This document shows positions 47,981-56,386 of a stretch of 64,000 nt of DNA, in pieces; positions within the stretch are counted from its first letter, which is position 1; the number at the start of each line of letters is the position of its first letter. The notes under the pieces are model-generated. The model ran no database searches, was not told where the DNA came from, and worked only from the letters and a program-made list of their open reading frames with translations. Source of the stretch: a virus. The translations under genes and the position numbers were made by a program. Location: IMG/VR virus record IMGVR_UViG_3300005613_000009, positions 32,001-96,000 of that record; one strand, given 5' to 3'.

Positions 47981-48031
47981 TCTTGGAGTTATACCCTTGC
48001 CCCTTGGTTTATTCATTCACAGTGATTTTAT

Positions 48032-48352
48032 TTACTTCAGGAAAGCGCGTACAGTGTAGCTCGTGTTGCCCTTGTATTCCCTGCTGGCCACGACGGCCTT
48101 GACTTTGTCACCTGCCTTGAGGGCTTTTGCTTTCTGTGCAAGTGAACCAAAACACATAACTGGTACACCTACGGTATACTCGACACCCTGGAGTTTCCGG
48201 GTTTCGTTGACAATCAGACGAACATACTGGTTGCCATTCTTGTCGATGGCGACCGTTGCGCTATCGATCTTGTCATTGAGAATTTTGTCTACGGCAAATG
48301 CCGGGACTGTCAGAAAACAAACAAGTGCTAATGCTGCTAAAAATCTTTTCAT
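48032..48352 (-). CDS. Exported protein with signal peptide (possible OB fold)
   Basis: MKRFLAALALVCFLTVPAFA|VDK; GAGGAGG RBS. Confidence 0.75.
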   Translation of the reverse strand: MKRFLAALALVCFLTVPAFAVDKILNDKIDSATVAIDKNGNQYVRLIVNETRKLQGVEYTVGVPVMCFGSLAQKAKALKAGDKVKAVVASREYKGNTSYTVRAFLK

Positions 48353-48529
48353 ACTAAATCCTCCTCAGAATTTGTCTTAAAATGTTAATATTGTGTTGAG
48401 ATTGAAACTGTTGGTTGGCTGGCCGGGCCGGATCGAGGGTGCTTCCAAGTGCCAAAATCAACTCCTTTCTTATAAATTTTATTGATTTCACGAAAAAACA
48501 GATAAAAAAAAAGAAAAACGCTTTGTTGG

Positions 48530-49042
48530 TTAGGTGCTCTTGGCACGTATGCGCAAGCGCCCCTGGTATAATTTTTCCAGCAAATATGCTGTCCAGTGGC
48601 GGTCCATAGGATTCATTTGGGATGGTACCCATTCCCCCTGGACTTTTAGGATAAGACCAAGGGATGTTAGTGAATGGAAACACTGGGCAGCCTTGATACA
48701 CGCTGTATCCGTGCCCTTTGTCATCCATCCACTGATTTCTATTGTCAAAAACCGTCTTTTGTGGTCAAGATCGACGATTTTTGCCGGATATTTGTCTAAA
48801 ATCCGGTCAATTTTCCTCTCCAGCTCTATCTCAGCTGGAGTTTGGTCCATATCCTTTAGGTTTCTGAAGAAAGATTCGTAATCAAGTTCGGTATCATCGT
48901 CCGTAATGACATTGGCCGGTGCAACAATAGATCCGATGAGAGCTAAATCATCAAATCCGTCAGCCCCAGCAATGTACTGTACACCGAAGTATAAAAAATT
49001 CAGACATCCAAGCAATACTACAACAAACACCATTTTCTTCAT
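48530..49042 (-). CDS. Exported or membrane-anchored hypothetical protein
   Basis: MKKMVFVVVLLGCLNFLYFGV; AAGGAGG RBS. Confidence 0.7.
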   Translation of the reverse strand: MKKMVFVVVLLGCLNFLYFGVQYIAGADGFDDLALIGSIVAPANVITDDDTELDYESFFRNLKDMDQTPAEIELERKIDRILDKYPAKIVDLDHKRRFLTIEISGWMTKGTDTACIKAAQCFHSLTSLGLILKVQGEWVPSQMNPMDRHWTAYLLEKLYQGRLRIRAKST

Positions 49043-49090
49043 GACTAGTCCTCCTTGTGAAAGATTTATATTTTTTCACAAAAAAACAAA

Positions 49091-49600
49091 TCAAGAAAAA
49101 GACCTCTGGATGTCGATGAGATTGGTAAGTAGCTTGGCAAAGTTAGGATTAAAACTGAGATTTGGTGGGATGGAACCGGCAGATATGAACATTTCGGCCA
49201 TTTCGTTTGGAGAATAGCCATTAAGACCACGACTAAGACCAAAAGCGATCAAAAAACGCCAATCGATATTACGACGAGCGACCTTATATAGCGTCGTAAT
49301 CGATGAAGTTATTTGTGCTTGAGTAAGGCTACGGCGAGCGCCAGGCCTGACAACAGTTGGTAGGGCATAACCCCATCCATGCGTCCCATGCTGTAGACCC
49401 TCGGCTTGGCCTTTGACATTCCAACGGCCTTTCCAGCCATCGGGCTTTGTGTCATAACGAAATTCTCGCCATCGGTTACCGGAAACGCCGAATGACGCGA
49501 ATCCTGCCGCCCCTGCGCCGTGAAATCCTTGGAGGTTTGACCCAAAGACAAAGATTTCATGGGGGTTTAGCTCTTCAACGATGTTGTGATGGGTTAGCAT
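49091..49600 (-). CDS. Macro-like (A1S_2505-type) phage protein
   Basis: EIFVFGSNLQGFHGAGAAGFA...G..EGLQ...YALPT...GLNGYS..EMAEMF. Confidence 0.8.
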   Translation of the reverse strand: MLTHHNIVEELNPHEIFVFGSNLQGFHGAGAAGFASFGVSGNRWREFRYDTKPDGWKGRWNVKGQAEGLQHGTHGWGYALPTVVRPGARRSLTQAQITSSITTLYKVARRNIDWRFLIAFGLSRGLNGYSPNEMAEMFISAGSIPPNLSFNPNFAKLLTNLIDIQRSFS

Positions 49601-49689
49601 AATGGTTCCTCCCTGTGAAAGATTAATAATTCTGCCCGATAAACAGATAAAGAGAGAAAAAAGCTGTATTCACACTACCTGGTTTTCAC

Positions 49690-50169
49690 CTATGAAACAA
49701 ACGCCTTGACTCTACGAATATGGTCAGGTCTGTTAAGATTGAAAACAGGAACATTATAGTGATCAGCAATGGAGATAGCAGTACCAGTACCGCCCGTTTT
49801 TATTGACCGGGTTTTGTGAGAAATACAACCATCCGGCGTCCAGCATATGAGAAAAGAGGACGGTTTGTTCAAGTTACGTCCCAACACCTGGAATGCGTTT
49901 CGTGCGTGGAGCTTTTTCGCATATGAACTACAACGATTCCATGCCGGGTGAAACTTTTCAGCAATTTCCATGGCTTTCGCAGTAGCATCTTTAGCCAAGT
50001 ATATCTCACATCTTTTGTTGGCACCAGATTCAAAAGCACTGTCCGCCCCAACTGCCCCACCACTCCGCAGGACCCAGCCGCTTTTGCTTAATTTGGAAGA
50101 CACCCTTTTCATGAGCGCTATGATTTCATTTGGTATCTCCCTAGACCCAACACCTGTGTAATATTTCAT
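49690..50169 (-). CDS. SLOG-superfamily (DprA/YpsA-like) protein
   Basis: Start ATG 50169 (AGGAGG RBS); MKYYTGVGSREIP...LRSGGAVGADSAFESGA...GGTGTAISIA...PVFNL. Confidence 0.8.
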   Translation of the reverse strand: MKYYTGVGSREIPNEIIALMKRVSSKLSKSGWVLRSGGAVGADSAFESGANKRCEIYLAKDATAKAMEIAEKFHPAWNRCSSYAKKLHARNAFQVLGRNLNKPSSFLICWTPDGCISHKTRSIKTGGTGTAISIADHYNVPVFNLNRPDHIRRVKAFVS

Positions 50170-50306
50170 GGTGTATCCCTCCTTTCTTTTACAAAAAAAA
50201 CAGATGAAGAAAGAGAAGGCGTGGTGCTTTGCTCCTTTTCGCACGGCCCCTGGGAAAAATGACCGGCTGTTGACATCGTAACGGGATCTATCTTTGAAAT
50301 TTACAC

Positions 50307-51206
50307 TTAGTTGTCGAATTCTCCTATGAGTTTTCCGTCTTTTCCGAATACTTTGACCCTATTTTCTAATGTAGCAACTATAATTCCTAATCGTATCAAA
50401 TCAAAGGCAGGATGATCATACTTAAAACCAAAGAAGTTTTTAATAGTATAATATTTAAACATATCGATATGAAATTGAATTTGACGCCAAACTCTTTCAA
50501 CATATTCTGTAGGTCTTTTTGGGACATCGCCCCAGAAGTAAATAGGAAGTTGGTTATTAATTTCGTGCCAAAACCGGTCGTTGATTTTAGACCAAATTTG
50601 ATCGCTGATTCTAACCCAACCTCCAGGCCAATTTTCAACAAAATTCTGATGGTTGTCATATTGATCCCTGGTCCAGTTGTAAACCTTTTCTGTAACTTGG
50701 TTTTCAACTCGAAGAGTAGCCATATGCCAGTTATATCCATCTACCCATTCCCTAATTTTCAATAAGATGTTTTCTATTTCTTCCTTTGGCGGCATGGTAT
50801 CCGCTTGGATAGGATCTATAATTTCGTAAGCTTCTAACCGTTGTCTTACGGTTTTCAATACCGGGACAAGATCTTCAGGATTTCGGATTTCTTTACAGCG
50901 CATCTTGTCCACCCTGAACTTTCCGTCAGATTCAATCGGGACAATAATTCTGGCATCTTCAGGGATTGAAAATTCGACAATGATAGTATCTCTAAGATCA
51001 GTTTGTTTAAGAATCCAATCTATAGTAGCCAAATTCCAGCCCTCGCCGCATTCATGCGTAGGATCGGTATCTAATGATTCAATAGTGAACAGGTTATTCT
51101 TTCTAAGGTTGTACTTATACCCTTTGTATGGGGATGTTCTGTCTTTATACAGGTATTTGTACCCTTTCCGTTGTGCTACCAACTCTGGCAATGTTTCAAG
51201 CTTCAT
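50307..51206 (-). CDS. Hypothetical protein
   Basis: N-terminal GYKY...ECGEG...DGKFRV domain seen in phage proteins. Confidence 0.7.
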   Translation of the reverse strand: MKLETLPELVAQRKGYKYLYKDRTSPYKGYKYNLRKNNLFTIESLDTDPTHECGEGWNLATIDWILKQTDLRDTIIVEFSIPEDARIIVPIESDGKFRVDKMRCKEIRNPEDLVPVLKTVRQRLEAYEIIDPIQADTMPPKEEIENILLKIREWVDGYNWHMATLRVENQVTEKVYNWTRDQYDNHQNFVENWPGGWVRISDQIWSKINDRFWHEINNQLPIYFWGDVPKRPTEYVERVWRQIQFHIDMFKYYTIKNFFGFKYDHPAFDLIRLGIIVATLENRVKVFGKDGKLIGEFDN

Positions 51207-51224
51207 CTTTTGGCCTCCCGTATC

Positions 51225-51371
51225 CTACTTTACCGTTCTTTCTATTCCGCATACTGTACAGCGGTACGTCTTACCATCGTTTTTCCTTGTTTGGTTGTGT
51301 AGGCGTTTTCCGGATCCGTATCGTTCATCCTGAAATTTGTGTTTGCACGAACATTTTGCTATTTTTGTCAT
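51225..51371 (-). CDS. 48-aa zinc-ribbon microprotein
   Basis: Absent from the track. AAGGAG RBS; MTKIAKCSCKHKFQDERYGSGKRLHNQTRKNDGKTYRCTVCGIERTVK. Confidence 0.7.
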   Translation of the reverse strand: MTKIAKCSCKHKFQDERYGSGKRLHNQTRKNDGKTYRCTVCGIERTVK

Positions 51372-51398
51372 CTTTTACTCCTTTTTTTATTTTTTGAT

Positions 51399-51522
51399 AA
51401 CCTACATAAAATGTAGGAATAGAAAAAATTGTAATTCATCAACCTACATAAAATGTAGGTCGGTGAAAATCAACCTACATAAAATGTAGGTCGGTGAAAA
51501 TCAACCTACATAAAATGTAGGT
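51399..51522. repeat. Four palindromic repeats (A)CCTACAT-AAA-ATGTAGG(T), the last three with 31-bp period
   Basis: Copies start at 51399, 51441, 51472 and 51503. Confidence 0.92.
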
Positions 51523-51574
51523 CGGTGGAAAATTGTAATTGAATGGCTATTCATTACTGTGATTTCTATTTCCC

Positions 51575-51785
51575 ATTTGTTTCAGTACCAATAATTTCAG
51601 TACAAATAATTTCAATAGAGATAGTTTCAGTAAAAATAGTTTCAGTTGAAAGTATCTCAGTAGAAAACATCTCAGTAGAAAACATCTCAGTAGAAAACAT
51701 CTCAGTAGAAAATATTTCAGTAGAAACAATTTCAACAAAAACATTTTCAACAGAAATGATTTCAATAGAAACATTTTCAACTAAA
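51575..51785. repeat. About 14 degenerate 15-bp tandem repeats (core TCAGTAGAAAACATC)
   Basis: Directly visible; each unit is a quasi-palindrome of TTTCAxTAGAAA type. Confidence 0.9.
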
Positions 51786-51803
51786 AACAACTAATTTTAG
51801 TAA

Positions 51804-51971
51804 TCAAGATTTTTTATCAACCTTTTCAACCCAAGCCTTTGGCGTATATTCATTCTTTCTCCATTTAACTTCATACCCAAGTTTTTCTACTAACGAGGTT
51901 TGAATACAAGAGATATTTCTTACCCACTCTTCTAACTCTTTGACTGTGGCTTCTAAATCTTTCTTTTTCAT
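51804..51971 (-). CDS. 55-aa microprotein
   Basis: Absent from the track. GGAG RBS; MKKKDLEATVKELEEWVRNISCIQTSLVEKLGYEVKWRKNEYTPKAWVEKVDKKS. Confidence 0.65.
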   Translation of the reverse strand: MKKKDLEATVKELEEWVRNISCIQTSLVEKLGYEVKWRKNEYTPKAWVEKVDKKS

Positions 51972-51998
51972 ATAATCTCCATTAAAAACAATTAACTT

Positions 51999-52739
51999 TT
52001 AATAATCGAGCTTCCATCCTTTTTCCTCACAAATAGCTTTGATCAAATCACGGTCTGTCATCTGTGGATCTCCAGGTTTCCAAAGAAATGCTTTTTCAGA
52101 AAAATACCAAAATCGTTCCTCGCCTCGATATGGGCAATTATTTCCTTCAGCAGCCCATTCATCGAACCGTTCGGGATGCGGATGTGCGTAAGCGTCTCGT
52201 CGCATAAGCTCAAGAGTAAGAAAGTCCGATAACGATCCAAGATTTATAAAGGATAGCGACCTGATTGATGGAAAACCATAAAACTCGATTTTAGCTCCAG
52301 AAAGGTAGGCTGTTCTCAAATCTAAGCCCATAATGCCAATGCCTCTAAGATCAGCACCTCTAAAATTGGTATATTCAAATGTACAATTTCGTATCTTCGC
52401 ATATCTTAGATCAGAGTCTGCAAAAGAAGAACTATCAAAATTAGAGTTTTCAATAGAAGCTGCTCTAAGCCGAGTTCTATCAAAAAAAGAGTTCTCAGCA
52501 TCAACATTTGACAAATTAGAATTTTTTAAATTAGAGTCTCTGAAATCTGCATATTTAAGGTCAGAACCTCCAAAGTCTGCGCTTTCAAAGTTAGATCTGT
52601 CAAAGTTACTAACAGATAAATCAATACCTCTGAGATCAGCATCCAAGAGAGATTTTTTATTTTTTATAGCCAAGTCTCTCATTAGCTCGTCCCCCTCAAC
52701 GATTACCTCACCGTTATAGCGATTCATTATTTTTGCCAT
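51999..52739 (-). CDS. Pentapeptide-repeat protein with conserved C-terminal domain
   Basis: A(D/N)L/Fxx repeats; C-terminus shared with 56387-57400. Confidence 0.9.
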   Translation of the reverse strand: MAKIMNRYNGEVIVEGDELMRDLAIKNKKSLLDADLRGIDLSVSNFDRSNFESADFGGSDLKYADFRDSNLKNSNLSNVDAENSFFDRTRLRAASIENSNFDSSSFADSDLRYAKIRNCTFEYTNFRGADLRGIGIMGLDLRTAYLSGAKIEFYGFPSIRSLSFINLGSLSDFLTLELMRRDAYAHPHPERFDEWAAEGNNCPYRGEERFWYFSEKAFLWKPGDPQMTDRDLIKAICEEKGWKLDY

Positions 52740-52830
52740 GGCTACCTCCTATCTTTGATATTTATGCAACAAATTATTTTCATATTCCACAAAAAAACAG
52801 ATAACAAAAAAGAATAATAAAATCAATTAA

Positions 52831-53394
52831 TTACTCCAACTTTTTAATGTTTTTCATTGTGATTTCCTCTATCCTTTTTTTCGCGCTAACAATCCGGCGT
52901 GTAGTAGATTTTCTTTTATTCTCAAGGAATTTTCTCCAATCCTTTTTCTCTCTTTTCAAATAAGCTTCTTCATTGATCAACGCCATCGCATTGTCTTCGA
53001 CGTCCAAATCGAGCAATCCCATTCTCATGCCGTCCAAGTTTTTCATAAGCACGTGTTTTTCCGAAACGAGATCAGTCAAAACAATCCATCCGGGTACAGA
53101 GTATGTTTCCGGAAGATCTGGTCCTAAGAACCATGCTTGTTCAAGCCACACAACAAGTAACGGATCCTCATCGTCTTTCAGATACTGTATGTAATCGCCA
53201 AGGCATTCAGCGTTTAGGGTATCGCAATCGGGTGGCGGCGGATCGGACAAGTCGAGAGTCATGTCGAGTATTTTTAACAGCATCGGCCAAGCGCTATGAA
53301 CGTTGTTCCACCACGACATAATATCGACAGGCGCATTAAGGTATATATTTGTTGATTCGAAAGGGTCATCCGAAAAACCTTTATTTTTTCTCAT
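52831..53394 (-). CDS. Hypothetical protein
   Basis: In-operon ORF. Confidence 0.65.
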   Translation of the reverse strand: MRKNKGFSDDPFESTNIYLNAPVDIMSWWNNVHSAWPMLLKILDMTLDLSDPPPPDCDTLNAECLGDYIQYLKDDEDPLLVVWLEQAWFLGPDLPETYSVPGWIVLTDLVSEKHVLMKNLDGMRMGLLDLDVEDNAMALINEEAYLKREKKDWRKFLENKRKSTTRRIVSAKKRIEEITMKNIKKLE

Positions 53395-53965
53395 CTAAAC
53401 CTCTATAATATTTCCAATAGGAAGGTTTTGGCCAAATAGGGTCGAAATCGTCAAAGTCAACATTTTTGTTGTACTCTGGAAAGACTTTCCACACTTCTAC
53501 TTTTTCTCCAGGCTGAATTGTATAATAATCGACATGCTCAAAAAATGGTGTTTCGAGCAGTTCGTTACGGATCAACAAGTTCATAAGCGTTTCTTTGAAA
53601 TAGAACATATTATCATCGAGGACGGGAAACTTTTTGATTTCCCTGTGATCATACGACAGGACGAAACGCGGGATGTACCGATAGCTCGCGGGGTATTTGA
53701 TATTTGTAATACCTCTGGTGATCTGCGGCAGGGTCGAGTCGTCGTTTATGAATTTTTTAGCGGCGGCGTGGTCTTTTTCGTTGGGCGGCTTCAGGGTTTT
53801 GACATCTACGAGTTCGATGTCGAGCATTACAGTAAGAATATATCGAAAAGAGGCGGAACAATTATGGACTTTAAAGATGACCATTTCGCGGCGGAAGATT
53901 TCCGAGTCGTAACTGGCGACCGGGAAGAACTTTACACGCTCCAGTTTATAACGAAATTCGACCAT
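53381..53965 (-). CDS. Hypothetical protein
   Basis: In-operon ORF. Confidence 0.65.
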   Translation of the reverse strand: MVEFRYKLERVKFFPVASYDSEIFRREMVIFKVHNCSASFRYILTVMLDIELVDVKTLKPPNEKDHAAAKKFINDDSTLPQITRGITNIKYPASYRYIPRFVLSYDHREIKKFPVLDDNMFYFKETLMNLLIRNELLETPFFEHVDYYTIQPGEKVEVWKVFPEYNKNVDFDDFDPIWPKPSYWKYYRGLDEKK

Positions 53966-53966
53966 G

Positions 53967-54596
53967 TTATTTTTTCTCCTGCGGAGGGCTCTCTTGCGGG
54001 GGGCTCTCCTGCGGAGTGCTGGGTTGAAAAGTGTTGGGTTGCGGGGAACCGGGTTGCGGGGAACCGGGTTGCGGGGAACCGGGTTGCGGGGAACCGGGTT
54101 GTGAAGAAGTCAAATGTGTTGGGCTGGGTTGTGAAGAAGTCAACTGTGTTGGGCTGGGCTGCTGGGAAAACCACCGACATTTTTGGCGAATGCATTCAGG
54201 GTCGTTCATCTCCTGGTGCCACTGGCACACCTCATCAAGAACGGTACGATTTATCCCCATGTAGGGGCAGGTGTGTCGCGAAGCAACCTTCATTTTTACG
54301 CCGTATGTTGGCAATGGATCCGAAGGCGACGGATTTTCATGCGGCGAGGGGATATGTTTAGGGGGTTTTGCAAAATCCAAAACCGATGAAATAGGTCCTT
54401 TTTCCATTTTTTGCTGATTCTGTCCAAACTCATTAGCGCCACGAGGATGGCCGCTTCCATTTATCCCTGTACTTTGTGCCTTATTTTTGTTTTCTTTCGA
54501 CTCCTGACGACGTCGTTGCTCGGACGACGCAGATTTCGAACAAAGATCGGCCTCTGAATGCAATTTTTTATATTTTTCGAGTGATGTTAGTTCCAT
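53967..54596 (-). CDS. Low-complexity protein with a Cys motif and QPGSP/QPSPT repeats
   Basis: Start moved to ATG 54596, just after the upstream stop; CPY...C.WH....DPEC...C motif followed by 15-bp GGGTTGCGGGGAACC repeats. Confidence 0.5.
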   Translation of the reverse strand: MELTSLEKYKKLHSEADLCSKSASSEQRRRQESKENKNKAQSTGINGSGHPRGANEFGQNQQKMEKGPISSVLDFAKPPKHIPSPHENPSPSDPLPTYGVKMKVASRHTCPYMGINRTVLDEVCQWHQEMNDPECIRQKCRWFSQQPSPTQLTSSQPSPTHLTSSQPGSPQPGSPQPGSPQPGSPQPNTFQPSTPQESPPQESPPQEKK

Positions 54597-54600
54597 TTGA

Positions 54601-55173
54601 CTAAATATCGGCAAAATCCGGATCGTTTTCGACCGAATCCCTTTCAGGAGTGTTAAGCCCATTATCTGCACCCTGTGTGTCGGAAGTATCATCTGGGAAA
54701 AAGCTATCGCCCAACAGTTCCTTGACCTTCAAAAACTCAGTATTTGTCATTGCACGTTCCCAGTCCTCCCATTCAGCCTGTGTCATCTGAATTTTTTCAA
54801 GTTGATCATCTGTAAGTTTTTTTACTTTTCTTTTTGCGGTTGTCGCATCCGGTGTTGGTTTCAGGACCGGTGTTGATTCCGAGATTTGTTCTTTGTCCAT
54901 TTCTACTAAGAGTTTTACGGCCTCAACTCTCAGAGATTCCTGTTTGTCCAGAATTACGCCCATCTTTGAAGCAAGAGGCGTTTTCATTTTTAACTGCTTC
55001 GGCTGTTGATTTGTTATTCCTTGTTCGATGCACTGGATCATAAAAGCATTAGCACTCATTTTCGACAGCTTTGCATATTTTGCAATACTTTCAAAGAGAG
55101 ATTGCGACATTCGAACGGTTGTCCTTTTGTTCAAACTTTCATTCTCATTTTCCTCGTTTTTTGTATCAGTCAT
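54601..55173 (-). CDS. Ribbon-helix-helix DNA-binding protein with acidic tail
   Basis: Start ATG 55173 (AAGGAG RBS); KRTTVRMSQSLFESIAKYAKLSKMSANAFMIQCIEQGI. Confidence 0.7.
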   Translation of the reverse strand: MTDTKNEENENESLNKRTTVRMSQSLFESIAKYAKLSKMSANAFMIQCIEQGITNQQPKQLKMKTPLASKMGVILDKQESLRVEAVKLLVEMDKEQISESTPVLKPTPDATTAKRKVKKLTDDQLEKIQMTQAEWEDWERAMTNTEFLKVKELLGDSFFPDDTSDTQGADNGLNTPERDSVENDPDFADI

Positions 55174-55206
55174 AGGTTTTTTCTCCTTTTCTTTCGAGTT
55201 TAACAA

Positions 55207-56132
55207 AAATTGTTTATGACACCACAGCCCAATTTTTATGGCGAAAATAGGGCCTCACCGGACACGCAAAGTACTTTTTCCTAATAATTACAACTACTTA
55301 TTTTTTTATTAAATAAATTATTTTTATTATTAAATTAGTTTAAATTAATATATACTATACTATATATATCTATATATCTTGTCCGGTATAGCTATATTTA
55401 TATACATATATATATACGGGATATGAATGAAAAGTAGTGACACCAGACACCACATTTTCAATCTATCATTTATCCATAAAATGACACCACTTTTAGTCTT
55501 GACACCAAAGATGACACCACAATTCGTATAATTATACATATATAGGTTTATCCCCAAAAGGCGCTATACCGGACATGGCCAAATAATGAGTGTTTTTGCC
55601 TTTTCGATTCAATGATTTCAATTACTTAACCCCTTGAAACACTAGTTTTGCGCCTTAATTTTAACCAAATTAACATTGTCCAAACTCATCCTTCTTAGTC
55701 CCTACCGGACATGAAACGGCCTCTCACCGGACATGGAATTTCCACTACCGGACATGGAAATGGCCTACCGGACATGGAAATTGTGGTTTTCTGTATTTTT
55801 TTCATGCAATCGCTCCAAAGTGTTGTCGTTTTACACGTTTTTTGGTGTCATCGGCATTTTTGACACTTTTATGGTGTCTGGTGTCATTTTTGCACTTTTA
55901 CCCATTTTGCTAAAACATGAGGTGACACCACTTTTTAAGATTTTCATAGGTTTCATTTTTTTTTGAGGTGTTGATTCGCAAAAAAGGTGTCCATATGTCC
56001 GATAGCGTGTCCGATGAAACCCCATTTCGTGTCCGGTAGTGAGAGAAATATTTTGGCAATGACACCACTTTTGACACTTTTTTACGCAGATCATAAGATA
56101 TGCGGCACTAATTTTGGTCGTAAAAAGCATAA
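55207..56132. repeat. Non-coding iteron-rich locus (candidate replication origin)
   Basis: At least 7 ACCGGACA(T/C) and at least 9 TGACACCA(C) copies in both orientations around an AT-rich tract (~55290-55430). Confidence 0.65.
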
Positions 56133-56381
56133 TTATCCTCTTAACCTCAAACCTAAACCATGCCGGTTACATCGGATAATCCGCAACCTGATCATAGGCA
56201 TAATAATTACCAAGTAAAACACTGGTGGGGACATCGGTAACCGGGCCAATTTTGCCAAAAAACGAATTTCTTCCAATCGTTCTAGCAAAAACTCTCGTTC
56301 ATAATCGTCTTTTTTATCGATTTTTCTTTGTAAAGGTCTTGGTCCTGCAATATAAATAGTTTCTGGTGTAATAATATTCAT
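56133..56381 (-). CDS. Hypothetical protein
   Basis: In-operon ORF. Confidence 0.5.
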   Translation of the reverse strand: MNIITPETIYIAGPRPLQRKIDKKDDYEREFLLERLEEIRFLAKLARLPMSPPVFYLVIIMPMIRLRIIRCNRHGLGLRLRG

Positions 56382-56386
56382 CTTAA

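Noticed and set aside
51399-51522. CRISPR array
   Set aside because: The palindromic repeats are separated by identical 11-bp linkers, not unique spacers, and no cas operon is present.
53534-54361. Long plus-strand ORF (275 aa), also 39842-40456, 56681-57331 and 35449-36129
   Set aside because: These are antisense shadows of real minus-strand genes or repeats, with no RBS or motifs.
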